DNA from: Macrostomum lignano
Lineage: Eukaryota
Length of the DNA: 64,000 nucleotides
Direction: 5' to 3'
NCBI GenBank assembly: GCA_002269645.1
Contig: NIVC01000095.1
Location: 248,001 to 312,000 of the forward strand
Shown piece after piece: positions 1 through 12,815 of this stretch. The translations under genes and the position numbers were made by a program. The stretch's first letter is position 1. Each line of letters opens with the position of its first letter. The notes under the pieces are model-generated. The model had not been told where the DNA came from and made no database searches. It saw nothing but the letters and a program-made list of their open reading frames with translations.

Positions 1-235
1 TGTGTAGCTTATCTAAGCCCTTGATTAGTTCACACCTGTGTAGTTTCTCTAATTACCCTTGATTAGTTCACACCTGTGTAGCTTATCTAAGCCCTTGATT
101 AGTTCACACCTGTGTAGTTTATCTAATTACCCTTGATTAGTTCACACCTGTGTAGCTTATCTAATTACCCTTGATTAGTTCACACCTATGTAGCTTATCT
201 AATTATCCTTGATTAGCTCACACCTTGCAGCTTAC
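1..235. repeat. Minisatellite, 36-38-bp unit (intronic)
   Basis: TGTGTAGCTTATCTAAGCCCTTGATTAGTTCACACC and variants, about 6 copies. Confidence 0.9.
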
Positions 236-275
236 CCTAACCGCAGGGAAAAATCAATGCAACAAAGAAGCTCAC

Positions 276-3200
276 CCTATAAGTATCAGAGAAGCTTAGC
301 TCTCCAAACTGCACCTCGTGTCCGGGCTCCAGAGTGCACTGCGGCAGTACGGCATTCTCTAACGAGTCCAACCACTGCACGCCACGTTTTATAGTTCGTT
401 TCTGCCGTTCAACATCCACTCTGGCCACCTGGGTGTTGAATGTGCAAGTTACCGGTTTGTGATCGCTGTATACATAACTGTGCTGGCTGCGATATTTTAG
501 AGGCTCGCAGCGCACATCCTCCGCTCGGTAGAGAATGCGGTCACACCAGCTGGGCACGCGAACTTTCTCCGAGTCGAATCTCTGACTGCCAATCTCGTAT
601 TTGTAGGTTGGCCAGAAGTCTATGCTGGCTTCTGAGTAGCTCTGTGGATAGGGGTATGCGATTCATTCATAAGCTCGGAATTACAAATATCACATCCTGG
701 AAAGTCGAAATCTTTCACAAGCTCGAAGCTTCACGAGCTCGAAACAATTCACACAGTCGTAAATTCTTGCTAGTCAGCTACAACTTAACCCTCAGTTTAT
801 CAACTATCAGTTTATCAACTATCAGTTTATCAACCCTCAGTATATCAACCCTCAGTATATCAACCCTCGGTTTATCGATCCTCAGTTTATTAACCACTCA
901 GTTTATCAACCTTCAGTTTATCAACCCTCAGTTTATCAACCCTCAGTTTATCAACCCTCAGTTTATCAACCCCTCAGTTTATCAACCCTCAGTTTATCAA
1001 CCCTCAGTTTATCAACCCCTCAGTTTATCAACCCTCAGTTTATCAACCTTCAGTTTATCAACCCTCAGTTTATCAACCCTCAGTTTATCGATCCTCAGTT
1101 TATTAACCACTCAGTTTATCAACCTTCAGTTTATCAACCCTCAGTTTATCAACCCCTCAGTTTATCAACCCTCAGTTTATCAACCTTCAGTTTATCAACC
1201 CTCAGTTTATCAACCTTCAGTTTATCAACCCTCAGTTTATCAACCCTCAGTTTATCAACCCTCAGTTTATCGATCCTCAGTTTATTAACCACTCAGTTTA
1301 TCAACCTTCAGTTTATCAACCTTCAGTTTATCAACCCTCAGTTTATCAACCCTCAGTTTATCGATCCTCAGTTTATTAACCACTCAGTTTATCAACCTTC
1401 AGTTTATCAACCTTCAGTTTATCAACCTTCAGTTTATCAACCCTCAGTTTATCAACCTTCAGTTTATCAACCCTCAGTTCATCAACCCTCAGTTCATCAA
1501 CCCTCTGTTCATCAACCCTCAGTTTATCAAGCATCAATAGCCAGTCTTATGAAAAATTCAGCTAAAACAAATAATTGAAATACTTGAACTAATTCTGAAC
1601 TCACCAGAAAGATATTCCCATATCGAGCCTGAGCCCTGGCCCTCCTGAGCTCATCGTGGCGGGCCAGCAGCTCTTCCACAGCACCCGGTCGCTCCGTGTC
1701 AAACAGTCTGGCCTCCACAGCCTCTTTACTGACGCCAGACAGTCGGAAATTTAAATCGCCAAAGAAAAAAGTCACGTGACTTCCAACCGCGTCGCCAACG
1801 TGACTAAGCAGTTCGTAGCGACCAGCCGTGCCCTCAAACATCAGCTTTAGTTTCTGTTGAATATCGCGAAAATCGTTGTAGCGATTCTCCAGCTTATCTT
1901 CACCGGCTGCCAGGTGGCAGTTCACAAAGGTGAACTGAGTATCGCCCAGTTGAAATCGGACCGCGGTGCCGCCTTTGTTAGGACCGAAACCCATCAGACC
2001 GGTGGCTTGGGTGCCGAACCGGATGCTGTGTATGTCGTTGCGTAGCGAGTCTTTTGCTGCCACGAGCAGGAATGTTGAGAGCAGGCGTACTGTCTTCACT
2101 ATGCTGTAGCAGTGCGAGCTGCGAGATAGAGATAAACGTTTCAAGGTTTATTTTCAGCTTGGCGATTTCGTAAACCATTTATGGGGCTATTCTGTAAACA
2201 GTTTATGGGGTGAGTATCTAAACAGTTTATAGGCGATTCTGTAAACAGTTTATGGGGGAATATCTAAACAGTTTGTGGGCTATTCTGTAAACAGTTTATG
2301 AACGATCTTTTAAACAGTTTATGGGGTAAATATCTAAACATTTCATGGGCGATTTTTTAAACAGTTTATGCGCGATTATTTAAACAGTTTATGAGGGAAT
2401 ATATAAACATTTTATGGGCGATTTTTTAAACAGTTTATGGGCGATTATTTAAACAGTTTATGAGGGAATATCTAAACATTTTATGGGCGATTTTTTGAAA
2501 CAGTTTATGGGCGATTCATTAAATTGTTTATGGGGCGATTCTCTAAACAATTTATGAGGCGATTCTTTAAACAGAAAATGGGGCGATTATATGAAAACAG
2601 TTTATGGGCGATTCTTTAAACAGTTTATGGGGTGAATATCTAAACAGTTTATGGGCGAATCTCCAAACTGTTTACGGGCGTTTCTGTAAACACTTTAGGG
2701 GCGATTCTGTAAAAAATTTATAGCGAATTTGGTAAAATTTAATGGGCGATTCTTTAATTGGGCAATTCATTAAAAAGTTTATGAGACGATTCTATAAACA
2801 GTTTATGGGCGATTCTTTAAACTGTTTAAAGGGCGATTATATAAACAGTTAATAGGCGATTCTGTAAACAGTTCATGGACCGATTCTTTAAACAGTTTAT
2901 GGGCAATTCTGTATAAACAGCCCAATGGTGAATTTTTAAAACAATTTTCGGCCATTTTTAATTCAAGAATCCAGCTAACCTTGGGAAGCAGCGCTGGCAC
3001 AGTCTGATCCACTTTTCTTCCCGATCGGATCTCTGAGTAATATAAGTCATGGTATTACTCAGAGGCGACATGTCCAGCTCCTGGAATCCCAATGCATAGA
3101 TATCCGGCGCTCGCTGATCTCTTGGCGGTTGCAGCCATTCGGTCAGGTCGAATGAGTCATCAAATTGATTGTTGACATTCCAAGTGCCGCAGTGGACCAG

Positions 3201-3560
3201 CAGATCGCTATAGTTGGTGAATTCGCGTTGACGTTCGCGTAAATAATCGCGCAGTAAATGACGCTTTGCCTCGCGCTGATTGTCGCCATTGGCATCTGCT
3301 GAGAACCAGTGCAGGTCAGCTGAGTTGGGCAGCTCCAGGGGCTGAATGTGGCTGCTGCTGCTATCAGAGTTATGCGATGCCGGTGATGACTTTAAACATT
3401 GCTCCAAGGGTTGCCAAGTCTGAGGCGAATGCTGCTGCTGCTGCTGCTGCTCTCCATAATGATCCTCTTGGAAATGTAAAGTTTCTGGTGCAGTTGCAGT
3501 TTCATTGTCAGCAATAGACAGAGGATCAAATTCTGATAAATCAATGTACTTGAATGACAT
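276..3560 (-). CDS. OCRL: Inositol polyphosphate 5-phosphatase, OCRL/INPP5B family; 3 exons visible, 3' end beyond the left edge
   Basis: Exons 3560-2980 (phase 2), 2103-1605 (phase 0) and 641-276, all GT-AG and in frame. Motifs: GTWNVN, GFQELD, FVNCHLAA, FFGDLNFR, WPTYKY, PSWCDRILY, SDHKPV. These are followed by WLDSLENAVLPQCTL..EVQFGELSF, resembling the start of the ASH domain found in OCRL/INPP5B. No N-terminal PH domain is evident. Confidence 0.88.
786..1526. repeat. Minisatellite, about 15-bp unit, in OCRL intron
   Basis: (CAGTTTATCAACCCT)n with variants. Confidence 0.95.
2178..2900. repeat. Degenerate minisatellite, about 21-23-bp unit, in OCRL intron
   Basis: AAACAGTTTATGGGCGATTCT recurring with many substitutions. 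Confidence 0.85.
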
Positions 3561-4580
3561 GACTTGGGAATGCTTCTGAGTTGAGATGTATTTTTTAACT
3601 CAAATGGTCTCTATGTTTTGGCATGCAAATATATGGATATCAGTTTTGTTAACAAAAGTTAAAATTAAATAGTAAAATGTTTTAGTATTTACAATAGTAT
3701 ACAAGATTAAGTTTAACTTTTAAAATATTTAACAACTTAAAATTAAACAACAATAAAGTTTATTAAATATATAATATACTGGCCTATGTGCTAAAGTCTT
3801 TTTCTACTTAAATAACTGATTTTTAAATAGCATTACTAGGTCTAATAATTTGATACTTGAATTAATTTCATGCATGCACATTCATGAACTTTTAATCTGC
3901 ACAAATATAACTAAGCTTGCTATAGTGGTCCAGTTGCAACTTCTTTTATGTTTTCCTTCTCCTTTTTGCTATTGTTTCTCTTGTCTATATTTGTATTTAC
4001 TTTACTTTATCTTCTTCATATCTTGCCTATTTCTTGGCTTCATCAGGCCCTAACTAATTTAAACTGTTTTTTTATTTTTGACTAAGGGAAGGGTAGGTTT
4101 TGTTGCTAGCTTACCTTGGCCAACAGCCTTTTTCTTTACCTAGCTAGATCTATTAAGTCAATTAGTTATTGTGTATGCATTTTCAAAACCTATTTGTGTC
4201 AAATTTCAAGATTTCTTTTTTGAATATTGTAGGTCTAGGCACTAGCATTTAATCATACAAAGACCTAGCAATATACCAATAGCAAATACAAAAAGGCTAA
4301 ATTATATCATAATTAAATTTTAATATTTCTAATCTCTATTATACCCTAAATAATTTATATCTAGTCCTAGTGACCTAGACCAAATAAGTGAACACTGATA
4401 TTAGTTGTATTATTATAGCCAATATACAAAATAAATACTTTTGCTAGGAAGCAAAAGGTGTCATTGAAAGTTGTAAAACAAATTTGGACCTATAATTAGG
4501 GGCAGATTTAGGGGGAAGGCAAGAGGGATGGCCACCCCTCCCCTCCCCCCAAAAAATAGCTTGATAGAATATATTGTGCC

Positions 4581-5038
4581 CAGTGGCATAGCTAGGATTT
4601 CCTTCTGGGGGGGGGTCACAGTCACAGGCTCACAGCAGCAACTGGGGGCAGGGGGTGCTAGGCCTCTGTAATGGGGGAGGGGGTGCTGAAAATTTGGCCT
4701 GGATCAGCAGGCTGGGGGGGGGGTCATGACAAGGGGCAAATTTAGGAAGGGGGCAGGGGGCAGTCACCTCCCCCCCAAAAGCTTGAAAGAACATATTGCG
4801 CCCCCCAAAACCTGAGTTTGGGCCCCTTAAACTTGATTTTTTGCCCTCCTATGCCTTTTTTATGCACCTAAGTTTGACTTTTCCCCCTGTACATGCATTT
4901 TGGCATCCCCTATCTTAAAAATTGGTGCCCCTTATACTTGTGTTGGCGCCCCAAACTTGGACCCCCCCCCAAAATGAAACTCTAGATCCACCACTGGTCA
5001 TGACCCCCATGACCCCCCCCCCCTTGGCTACACCCCTG
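4581..5038 (-). mobile_element. hAT-like MITE, family B, nested in family A
   Basis: Ends CAGTGGCATAGCTAG...TTGGCTACACCCCTG; perfect 8-bp TSD ATTGTGCC; the body is the reverse complement of 6271-6416. Confidence 0.85.
4731..4996 (+). mobile_element. hAT-like MITE, family A, inner copy nested in family B
   Basis: Ends AAGGGGCAAATTTAG...TAGATCCACCACTG; perfect 8-bp TSD GTCATGAC. Confidence 0.85.
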
Positions 5039-6270
5039 ATTGTGCCCCCTAAAAACCTAAATTTGCACTCCCTAAACTTGATTCTTTGCCCCTACACGCA
5101 TTTTTTGTGCCCCTTAACTTAAAAATTGGCATCCATTATCCTCATGTTGGCGCCCTAAACTTGGACTGCCCCACCCCCAAAATGAAACTCTAGATCTACC
5201 ACTGCCTATAGTGTCATAGTCTATAAGCAATATTTTAATACTCATATTAACAATAACTATGTCGAAGTATACAATTAGTGAAATTTTTATTATGAAATTG
5301 AAAGAAAAAACTTGTATAGACTATTTCAATTACTTGAACTTGATCGATTGTCAATGATGGGCACATAAATTTACTCCCTTGTTTCCCATGTTGCCAGTGT
5401 GTTGGTCTTTAAAATTGATGCGCCTTTGTTGCATTTGACTGCACATGTTGCAAAACCATTGAGTTTCCTTAATGCTATGTTTAATACTCTAGATGACAGA
5501 CTTTCAGGTACTACAAATAACAGAATCGGCCCAGTCCTTCTAGAAAATATGATATAGACGATAGATCGATGAAAGCTGTATGCGACTCTGCTCTGGATAT
5601 TAAAATAAAGTCGAATGTCGAATTATCTGAAAAATATCACTTAAAAGTTATTAGCATAAAATTATAATTATAGCAAGCTATATTGAATTTATTCATTTTT
5701 TACCAAAAATAAATGCTGGCCAGAAATATATTCACTCTAACACTCGAAGTCCTTGCAATTTTTGCATAAAAGAGATAAACTTCTTTTTTATTTCGTATAA
5801 AATGTATTTTCGCAAATTTTGTCTAGAAAAACAAAGTCTAAATATCGAACAAAAAAGTAATGTCTATAATATACGCAAGTTGACCAAGCTAATAGAATTG
5901 TACAAAAACAGCATAATAAAAAATTCTTTGACTTTGGAATATGTAGAAATTTTGCATTTTGTCAGCATTTCAACTTCGAAACACTAAGCACTTTAAATTT
6001 ATAATTAATATACAAGATGAATGAACACACTTGTCAGATCTATTTTCTTTGTGCTTTGCCCATGACATATTTATGGTGGAAGCAATTGCAAATTGCAAAT
6101 TTAGTAATAACTTTAATTGGAGCGGAAGTTAATCTATAGTTTATCGTGCTTTGACACTTGGATTTTTATTGCGTTTATTTTTTGAAGATTTTTTGAATGA
6201 GAAAAATAATATATATAGGAGGAATAAATATTCCCCAATTTTAATATAGCATTATAGCAACACTATCACC

Positions 6271-6416
6271 CAGGGGCGTAGCCAAAGGGGGGCTGATCCA
6301 GGCCAAATTTTCAGCACCCCCCTCCCCATCGCAGAGGCCTAGCACCCCCTGCCTGCCCCTGGTTGCCGCTGTGAGCCTGTGACTGTGACCCCTCAGAAGG
6401 AAATCCTACGCCACTG
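6271..6416 (+). mobile_element. hAT-like MITE, family B, short copy
   Basis: Ends CAGGGGCGTAG...CTACGCCACTG; TSD CTATCACC / CTACCACC (7/8). Confidence 0.8.
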
Positions 6417-7395
6417 CTACCACCATGCAATACCAGCTCCATGACCAGGAAGTTAGTGCTTTTCATAGATATAGGCCTAATATTCTGTCAGATAGACGTC
6501 ATTGATACCATAAATAGTTTAGGCCATATATCATATTCTTGAGGCACATTTACTTAGTGTTTGTCAACTCTATCTCTAATATGATTATTTCATTTGTAAT
6601 TTATCAAATAAGTTAGTAAGCTATACTAGGATGCTTTATTATAAGGAGAAGGACATAGATGCCAAAGCTGCTAGTGCTAGGAAATACTATATTTGGTTTA
6701 TTATCTTCTTAATGAAGTCTATAAAGTAATTAAGTACAATGAGTTAATAATAATGCAATAGTATTTATAAAACTTTTATCATTAATAAAAGCCTAAATTT
6801 GTAAAAAATAGAATCATTGGCTTTAAAGGTAGCAATTATATAGATGTTACTAAAAAATAGGCCTAGTAATAATTTATTTTTTTAAGATTCACTTATGCAT
6901 AGAAATGTTTAATATTTTTTTCAAACATATAAATTATCATTTATAGAATTAAAAATAGTATAATTTTTAATGTTCTAAAGTATCAAATTTATTTTTAAGA
7001 TTGCTGAATAAATATCAAGATCTTAATATTTTTCAATGTTGAGCAAGACTAAACAAGATTATTCAAATAAATTTATCTGAAGTATTGTCTATAACTTGCT
7101 TGATATTCTTTAAGAAATCAATATTTCAACTTTGATGATATAACTAGTTTAGCTAAAAAGAACCTTATTCTTGATAATAATATTTTTTCTATCAGAATAT
7201 TCTATTATTTATTTAGTCAATTGTCTTAAGTTAGGCAGTTAAGTACCAGGAGCCTACTTATAGTATCAATAAGCAAACATAGCCAGTTTTAATATCTGTA
7301 AAATCTTTTCTATTGTATTTCCAACTCCTTGTCATTATGTCATATATAATGATGTCTTGTACATTTTAAAAACATTTCAGACCAACTTGGTCATC

Positions 7396-10300
7396 ATGGA
7401 GCTAAGGGTTGGCAACAAGTACAGGTTGGGTAGAAAGATTGGCAGCGGTTCTTTTGGCGACATCTACCTTGGCACAGACATTACCAATGGTGAAGAGGTC
7501 GCCATCAAGCTGGAGTGCGTGCGCACTAAGCATCCTCAGCTGCATATTGAAAGCAAGATCTACAAGCTGATGCAAGGTGGGGTTGGCATACCAACTATTA
7601 AATGGTGCGGCACAGAAGGTGATTACAATGTCATGGTGATGGAGCTGCTTGGCCCCAGTTTGGAGGATTTGTTCAATTTTTGCGGTCGTAAATTTCGGCT
7701 GAAGACTGTGCTACTGTTGGCTGACCAGCTGCTCAATAGGGTTGAGTTCATTCACAGCAAGAATTTCATTCATAGGTGAGATTATATTGCTTTTTGACCT
7801 AATCTTAAGTGTGATATTTTGGTTTTATTCTTCAAATCTTATAAGGTGAGATTTCGGGTGTAAATTCCCCAATCTCATGGGGTAAGATTTCGATGTTATG
7901 GCCGAATCTCATGGGGTGAGATTTCGATGTTATGGCCGAATCTCATGGGGTGAGATTTCGATGTTATGGCCGAATCTCATGGGGTGAGATTTCGATGTTA
8001 TGGCCGAATCTCATGGGGTGAGATTTCGATGTTATGGCCGAATCTCATGGGGTGAGATTTCGGGTGTAATTGCCCCAATCTCATGGGGTGAGATTTCGAT
8101 GTTATGGCCGAATCTCATGGGGTGAGATTTCGGGTGTAATTGCCCCAATCTCTTGGGGTAAGATTTATATGTCATGCCCGAATCTCATGGGGTGAGATTT
8201 CGATGCTATGGCCGAATCTCATGGGGTGAGATTTCGGGTGTAATTGTTCCAATCTCATGGGGTAAGATTTAGATGTTATGCCCGAATCTCATGGGGTGAG
8301 ATTTCGGGTGTAAATGCCCGAATCTCATGGGGTGAGATTTCGGGTGTAAATGCCCCAATCTCATGGGGTAAGATTTAGATGTTATGCCCGAATCTCATGG
8401 GGTGAGATTTCGATGTTATGGCCGAATCTCATGGGGTGAGATTTCGGGTGTAAATGCCCCAATCTCATGGGGTGAGATTTCGGGTGTAAATGCCCCAATC
8501 TCATGGGTGAGATTTCGGGTGTAAATGCCCCAATCTCATGGGGTGAGATTTCGGGTGTAAATGCCCCAATCTCATGGGTGAGATTTCGGGTGTAAATGCC
8601 CCAATCTCATGGGTGAGATTTCGGGTGTAAATGCCCCAATCTCATGGGGTGAGATTTCGGGTGTAAATGCCCCAATCTCACTGGGTGAAATTTTCAATAA
8701 ATTCGGATTAATTTTTAGCTCTGTGCAAATTTTCTTCACAGAGACGTGAAGCCTGACAACTTTCTGATGGGCTTGGGCAAGAAGGGCAACCTGGTGTACA
8801 TCATCGACTTCGGCTTGGCTAAGAAGTACCGCGACTCCAGAACGCACCAGCACATTCCGTACAGGGAGAACAAGAACCTCACTGGCACGGCGCGATATGC
8901 CAGCGTCAACACTCACCTTGGAATTGGTGCGTGTGTTACAGCCTACTACTGTTAGTAGGGCAGCTGGATACCAGCTGCAGAGGGGATGCTGCCAGCTACA
9001 GAGTGGGTGATACCAGCTGCAGAGGGGATGCTGCCAGCTACAGAGGGGGTGATGCCAGCTACAGAGGGGGTGATGCCAGCTACAGAGTGGGTGATGCCAG
9101 CTACAGAGGGGATGATGCCAGCTACAGAGTGGGTGATGCCAGCTACAGAGGGGGTGATGCCAGCTACAGAGTGGGTGATGCCAGCTACAGAGGGGATGCT
9201 GCCAGCTACAGAGTGGGTGATGCCAGCTACAGAGGGGATGCTGCCAGCTACAGAGTGGGTGATGCCAGCTACAGAGGGGATGCTGCCAGCTACAGAGGGG
9301 GTGATGCCAGCTACAGAGGGGATGATGCCAGCTACAGAGGGGATGCTGCCAGCTACAGAGGGGATGATGCCAGCTACAGAGGGGATGCTGAGCACTGTGA
9401 TGGGGCTCTAGCTTCAGAGATGATCCAGATAACTAATACAAGTTCCTTAGCGGTAGGTCTCGTATGTTTTCAATGCCTAAATGAATAATACAAAAAGAAT
9501 ATAATATTCACTTGATCAGAGCAAGCCAGACGAGACGACATGGAAGCCCTAGGCTACGTGTTCCTGTACTTCCTTCGCGGCGCCCTGCCCTGGCAAGGCC
9601 TGCGCGCCAACACAAAGCGACAAAAGTACGAACGGATTAGCGAGAAGAAAATGCAGACCCCAGTCGAGTCTCTGTGCCAGGGCTACCCGGCTGAGTTTGT
9701 CACCTATTTGAACTTCTGCCGCTCCTTGAGGTTTGACGACAAGCCTGATTATAGCTATTTGAGGCAGCTGTTCCGCAACCTGTTCCACCGGGAGGGGTTC
9801 ACCTATGACTACGTGTTCGATTGGAACATGCTCAAGTTTGGCGGCGGCGGAGCTACCAGCAACTCGGCTGGCGCTGACCACAGCAAACAGCAGCAGTCGG
9901 GCTCGAGGGCGCGAGCTGGAGGTGCCGCCGCAGGTAAGATGAGTGCGTTTTCTAAGAAGCACTCTACATTCCTCATAATAGGGAAGACTCCTGATCCCTC
10001 ATAATGGGGAAGAATCCTGATCCCTCATAATGGGGAAGAATCCTGATCCCTCATAATGGTAAAGAATCCTGATCCCTCATAATAGGGAAGAAGCCTGATC
10101 CCTCATAATGGGGAAGAATCCTAATCCCTCATAATGGGGAAGAATTCTGATCCCTCAAAATAGGGAAGAATCCTGATCCCTCATAATGGGGAAGAATCCT
10201 GATCCCTCGTAATGGGGAAGAATCCTGATCCCTCGTAATGGGGAAGAATCCTGATCCCTCATAATGGGGAAGACTCCTGATCCCTCATAATGGGGAAGAA

Positions 10301-10659
10301 TCCTGATCCCTCATAATGGGGAAGAAGCCTGATCCCTCAAAATGGGGAAGAATCCTGATCCCTCAAAATGGGGAAGAATCCTGATCCCTCAAAATGGGGA
10401 AGAATCCTGATCCCTAAAAATGGGGAAGACTCCTGATCCCTCAAAATGGGGAAGAATCCTGATCCCTCAAAATGGGGAAGAATCCTGATCCCTCAAAATG
10501 GGGAAGAATCCTGATCCCTCATGAGAAATAATCCTGGTCCCTCATAATGGGGAGAGATTTCAAATTTTAATAGTTTGCACAACGGTGGCAATAATTGTCC
10601 CAACTCACCCTGACTCAGCAGGCAGGCATCATCAGCAGCATCAGCAGCCGCAGCCATAG
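7396..10659 (+). CDS. CSNK1D: Casein kinase 1 delta/epsilon (doubletime-like)
   Basis: Exons 7396-7775 (phase 2), 8742-8926 (phase 1) and 9520-9933 (phase 1), plus a tentative last exon 10574-10659. The sequence [21 protein letters not shown]...[10 protein letters not shown]...IDFGLAKKY...LTGTARYAS...[16 protein letters not shown] is diagnostic. Delta versus epsilon cannot be resolved, and the last exon is low confidence. Confidence 0.95.
7850..8680. repeat. Minisatellite, about 33-34-bp unit with an internal hairpin, CK1 intron 1
   Basis: AATCTCA-TGGGG-TGAGATT-TCG(ATGTTATGGCCG or GGTGTAAATGCCCC). Confidence 0.95.
8960..9395. repeat. Minisatellite, 21-bp unit, CK1 intron 2
   Basis: (ATGCCAGCTACAGAGGGGGTG)n. 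Confidence 0.95.
9975..10550. repeat. Minisatellite, about 27-bp unit, CK1 intron 3
   Basis: (GGGGAAGAATCCTGATCCCTCATAAT)n with variants. Confidence 0.95.
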
Positions 10660-11039
10660 CAACCAGTCTGTAATAACTTCAATCGAAAACAGTTAACAGG
10701 TGCACTCCTACAGGTGACAGGGATGCACATGTTTATCACAACTTCGTGAAAGTCAAAAATGCCAAAATGAAAATTTTGAAATTAGCCATTTGACAGAGAT
10801 CCGAGATGCTCTTCTTTCTTTTTAATTTTCAAGCGTTTTTACTTATTGAATTTTGCTTCTAATTTGTAAAATTGTTATGTCACCAAGCTTTCAGAGCCTT
10901 CTGAATATAGTAGCTGTGATAGGTAAATAAACATGTCCCGCCTTGGTCTTGTAACGTTATATAGATTTTGCTTCTTAATAGTAATGAGTATTTTATAGGA
11001 GATCGTAAGGAATCGGCCCTCAATATTCAGTTAGGAATT

Positions 11040-12060
11040 ACACCTGAAATTAGTTAGTAAATCACCCCTGAATGGTAGGAATCGCCCTGAATAGTTACAA
11101 ACCAACCCTGAATAGTTAGAAATCAACCCTGAATAGTTAGGAATCAACCCTGAATAGTTAGGAATCAACCCTGAATAGTTAGAAATCAACCCTGAATAGT
11201 TAGAAATCAACCCTGAATAGTTAGGAATCAACCCTGAATAGTTAGAAATCAACCCTGAATAGTTAGAAATCAACCCTGAATAGTTAGGAATCAACCCTGA
11301 ATAGTTAGAAATCAACCCTGAATAGGTAGGAATCGCCACTGAATAGCTAGTTACAAACCAACCCTGAATAGTTAGAAACCACCCCTAAATATTTAGAAAC
11401 CACCCCTGAATAGTTAGAAACCACCCTAAATATTTAGAAACCACCCCTGAATAGTTAGAAACCACCCTAAATATTTAGAAACCACCCCTGAATAGTTAGA
11501 AACCACCCCTGAATAGTTAGAAACCACCCCTAAATATTTAGAAACCACGCCTAAATATTTAGAAATCACCTCTGAATAGTTAGAAACCACCCCTGAATAG
11601 TTAGAAACCACCCCTGAATAGTGAGAAACCACCCCTAAATATTTAGAAACCAACCCTGAATAGTTAGAAACCACCCCTAAATATTTAGAAACCACCCCTG
11701 AATAGTTAGAAACCACTCCTGAATAGTTAGAAACCACCCCTGAATAGTTAGAAACCACCCCTGAATAGTTAGAAACCACCCCTAAATATTTAGAAACCAC
11801 CCCTAAATATTTAGAAACCACTCCTGAATAGTTAGAAACCACCCCTAAATAGTTAGAAACCACTCCTGAATAGTTAGAAACCACCCCTAAATATTTAGAA
11901 ACCACCCCTGAATAGTTAGAAACCACCCCTGAATAGTTAGAAACCACCCCTGAATAGTTAGAAACCACCCCTAAATATTTAGAAACCACCCCTAAATATT
12001 TAGAAACCACTCCTGAATAGTTAGAAACCACTCCTGAATAGTTAGAAACCAACCCTGAAT
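11040..12060. repeat. Minisatellite, 21-bp unit
   Basis: (GAATAGTTAGAAACCACCCCT)n with a TAAATATTT variant. Confidence 0.95.
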
Positions 12061-12747
12061 CTCTTTCTACCTCCAACATTGTCGCACGATCGAGCTAAAT
12101 GATTGTTCCTAATTGCCTGTTGACTTCCGTGTTTCAACTGATAGATTTGTCAGGATTGTTTAGCTTGCAAACTTTCTTCGTAATTTATTTTTTTAACTAC
12201 GCTTCTTTGTTTTAGTTGCTTGCTACTTTTATATGAATAAAGTGCCTACTGATATAGCTATGTATTGTAAAATAACGTATTATAATAACTTGCATAGGTA
12301 CACTTCTATAATATGCTTTATTTTTTTTCATCTGTTCCTTCTCAATCTCAAATCTCCTGATTTGAACAAAAAATCCAATCTGTCTACTGTCTCAATTCAC
12401 TCTAATAGGCAAGTAGTTTATGCGTTTATTAGTATGCTTTTTTATCTGAAAATAAAAGTTGACGCGAATTTCCTGTTCATTTTTGTTATAAATTTGTTAT
12501 ATATTTTTTGCGGCCAACGTTAGATTTTTATAATTAATAGAAAACTTTTAGCCATGCTAGATTTTTTGTCTCTTCAAAACTGAAGTGTACATAAAGTTAT
12601 TATTTTTACAGAGGTTTAACGAGGCGAGACCCTTGATACTTATCTGTGTTTATTACCTGTAATAACTGATTTATTCCACGAATTATTATTATTGTTAATA
12701 TAGCTATTTGTTACTTTTGTTATTCTAACAGGGACCCGAGACTACGA

Positions 12748-12815
12748 CTAACCCTACCCTGACCCTGACCCTGACCCTGACCCTAACCCTAACCCTAACC
12801 CTAACCCTGACCCTG
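12748..12815. repeat. Interstitial telomere-like repeat
   Basis: CCCTGA x5, CCCTAA x4, CCCTGA, i.e. TTAGGG/TCAGGG on the minus strand. Confidence 0.7.

Larger units (their letters stand above)
4497..5204 (+). mobile_element. Non-autonomous hAT-like MITE, family A, outer copy hosting two nested insertions
   Basis: Ends TAGGGGCAGATTTA...TAGATCTACCACTG; flanking 8-mers CCTATAAT / CCTATAGT (7/8); the body matches the inner copy at 4731-4996. Confidence 0.75.
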
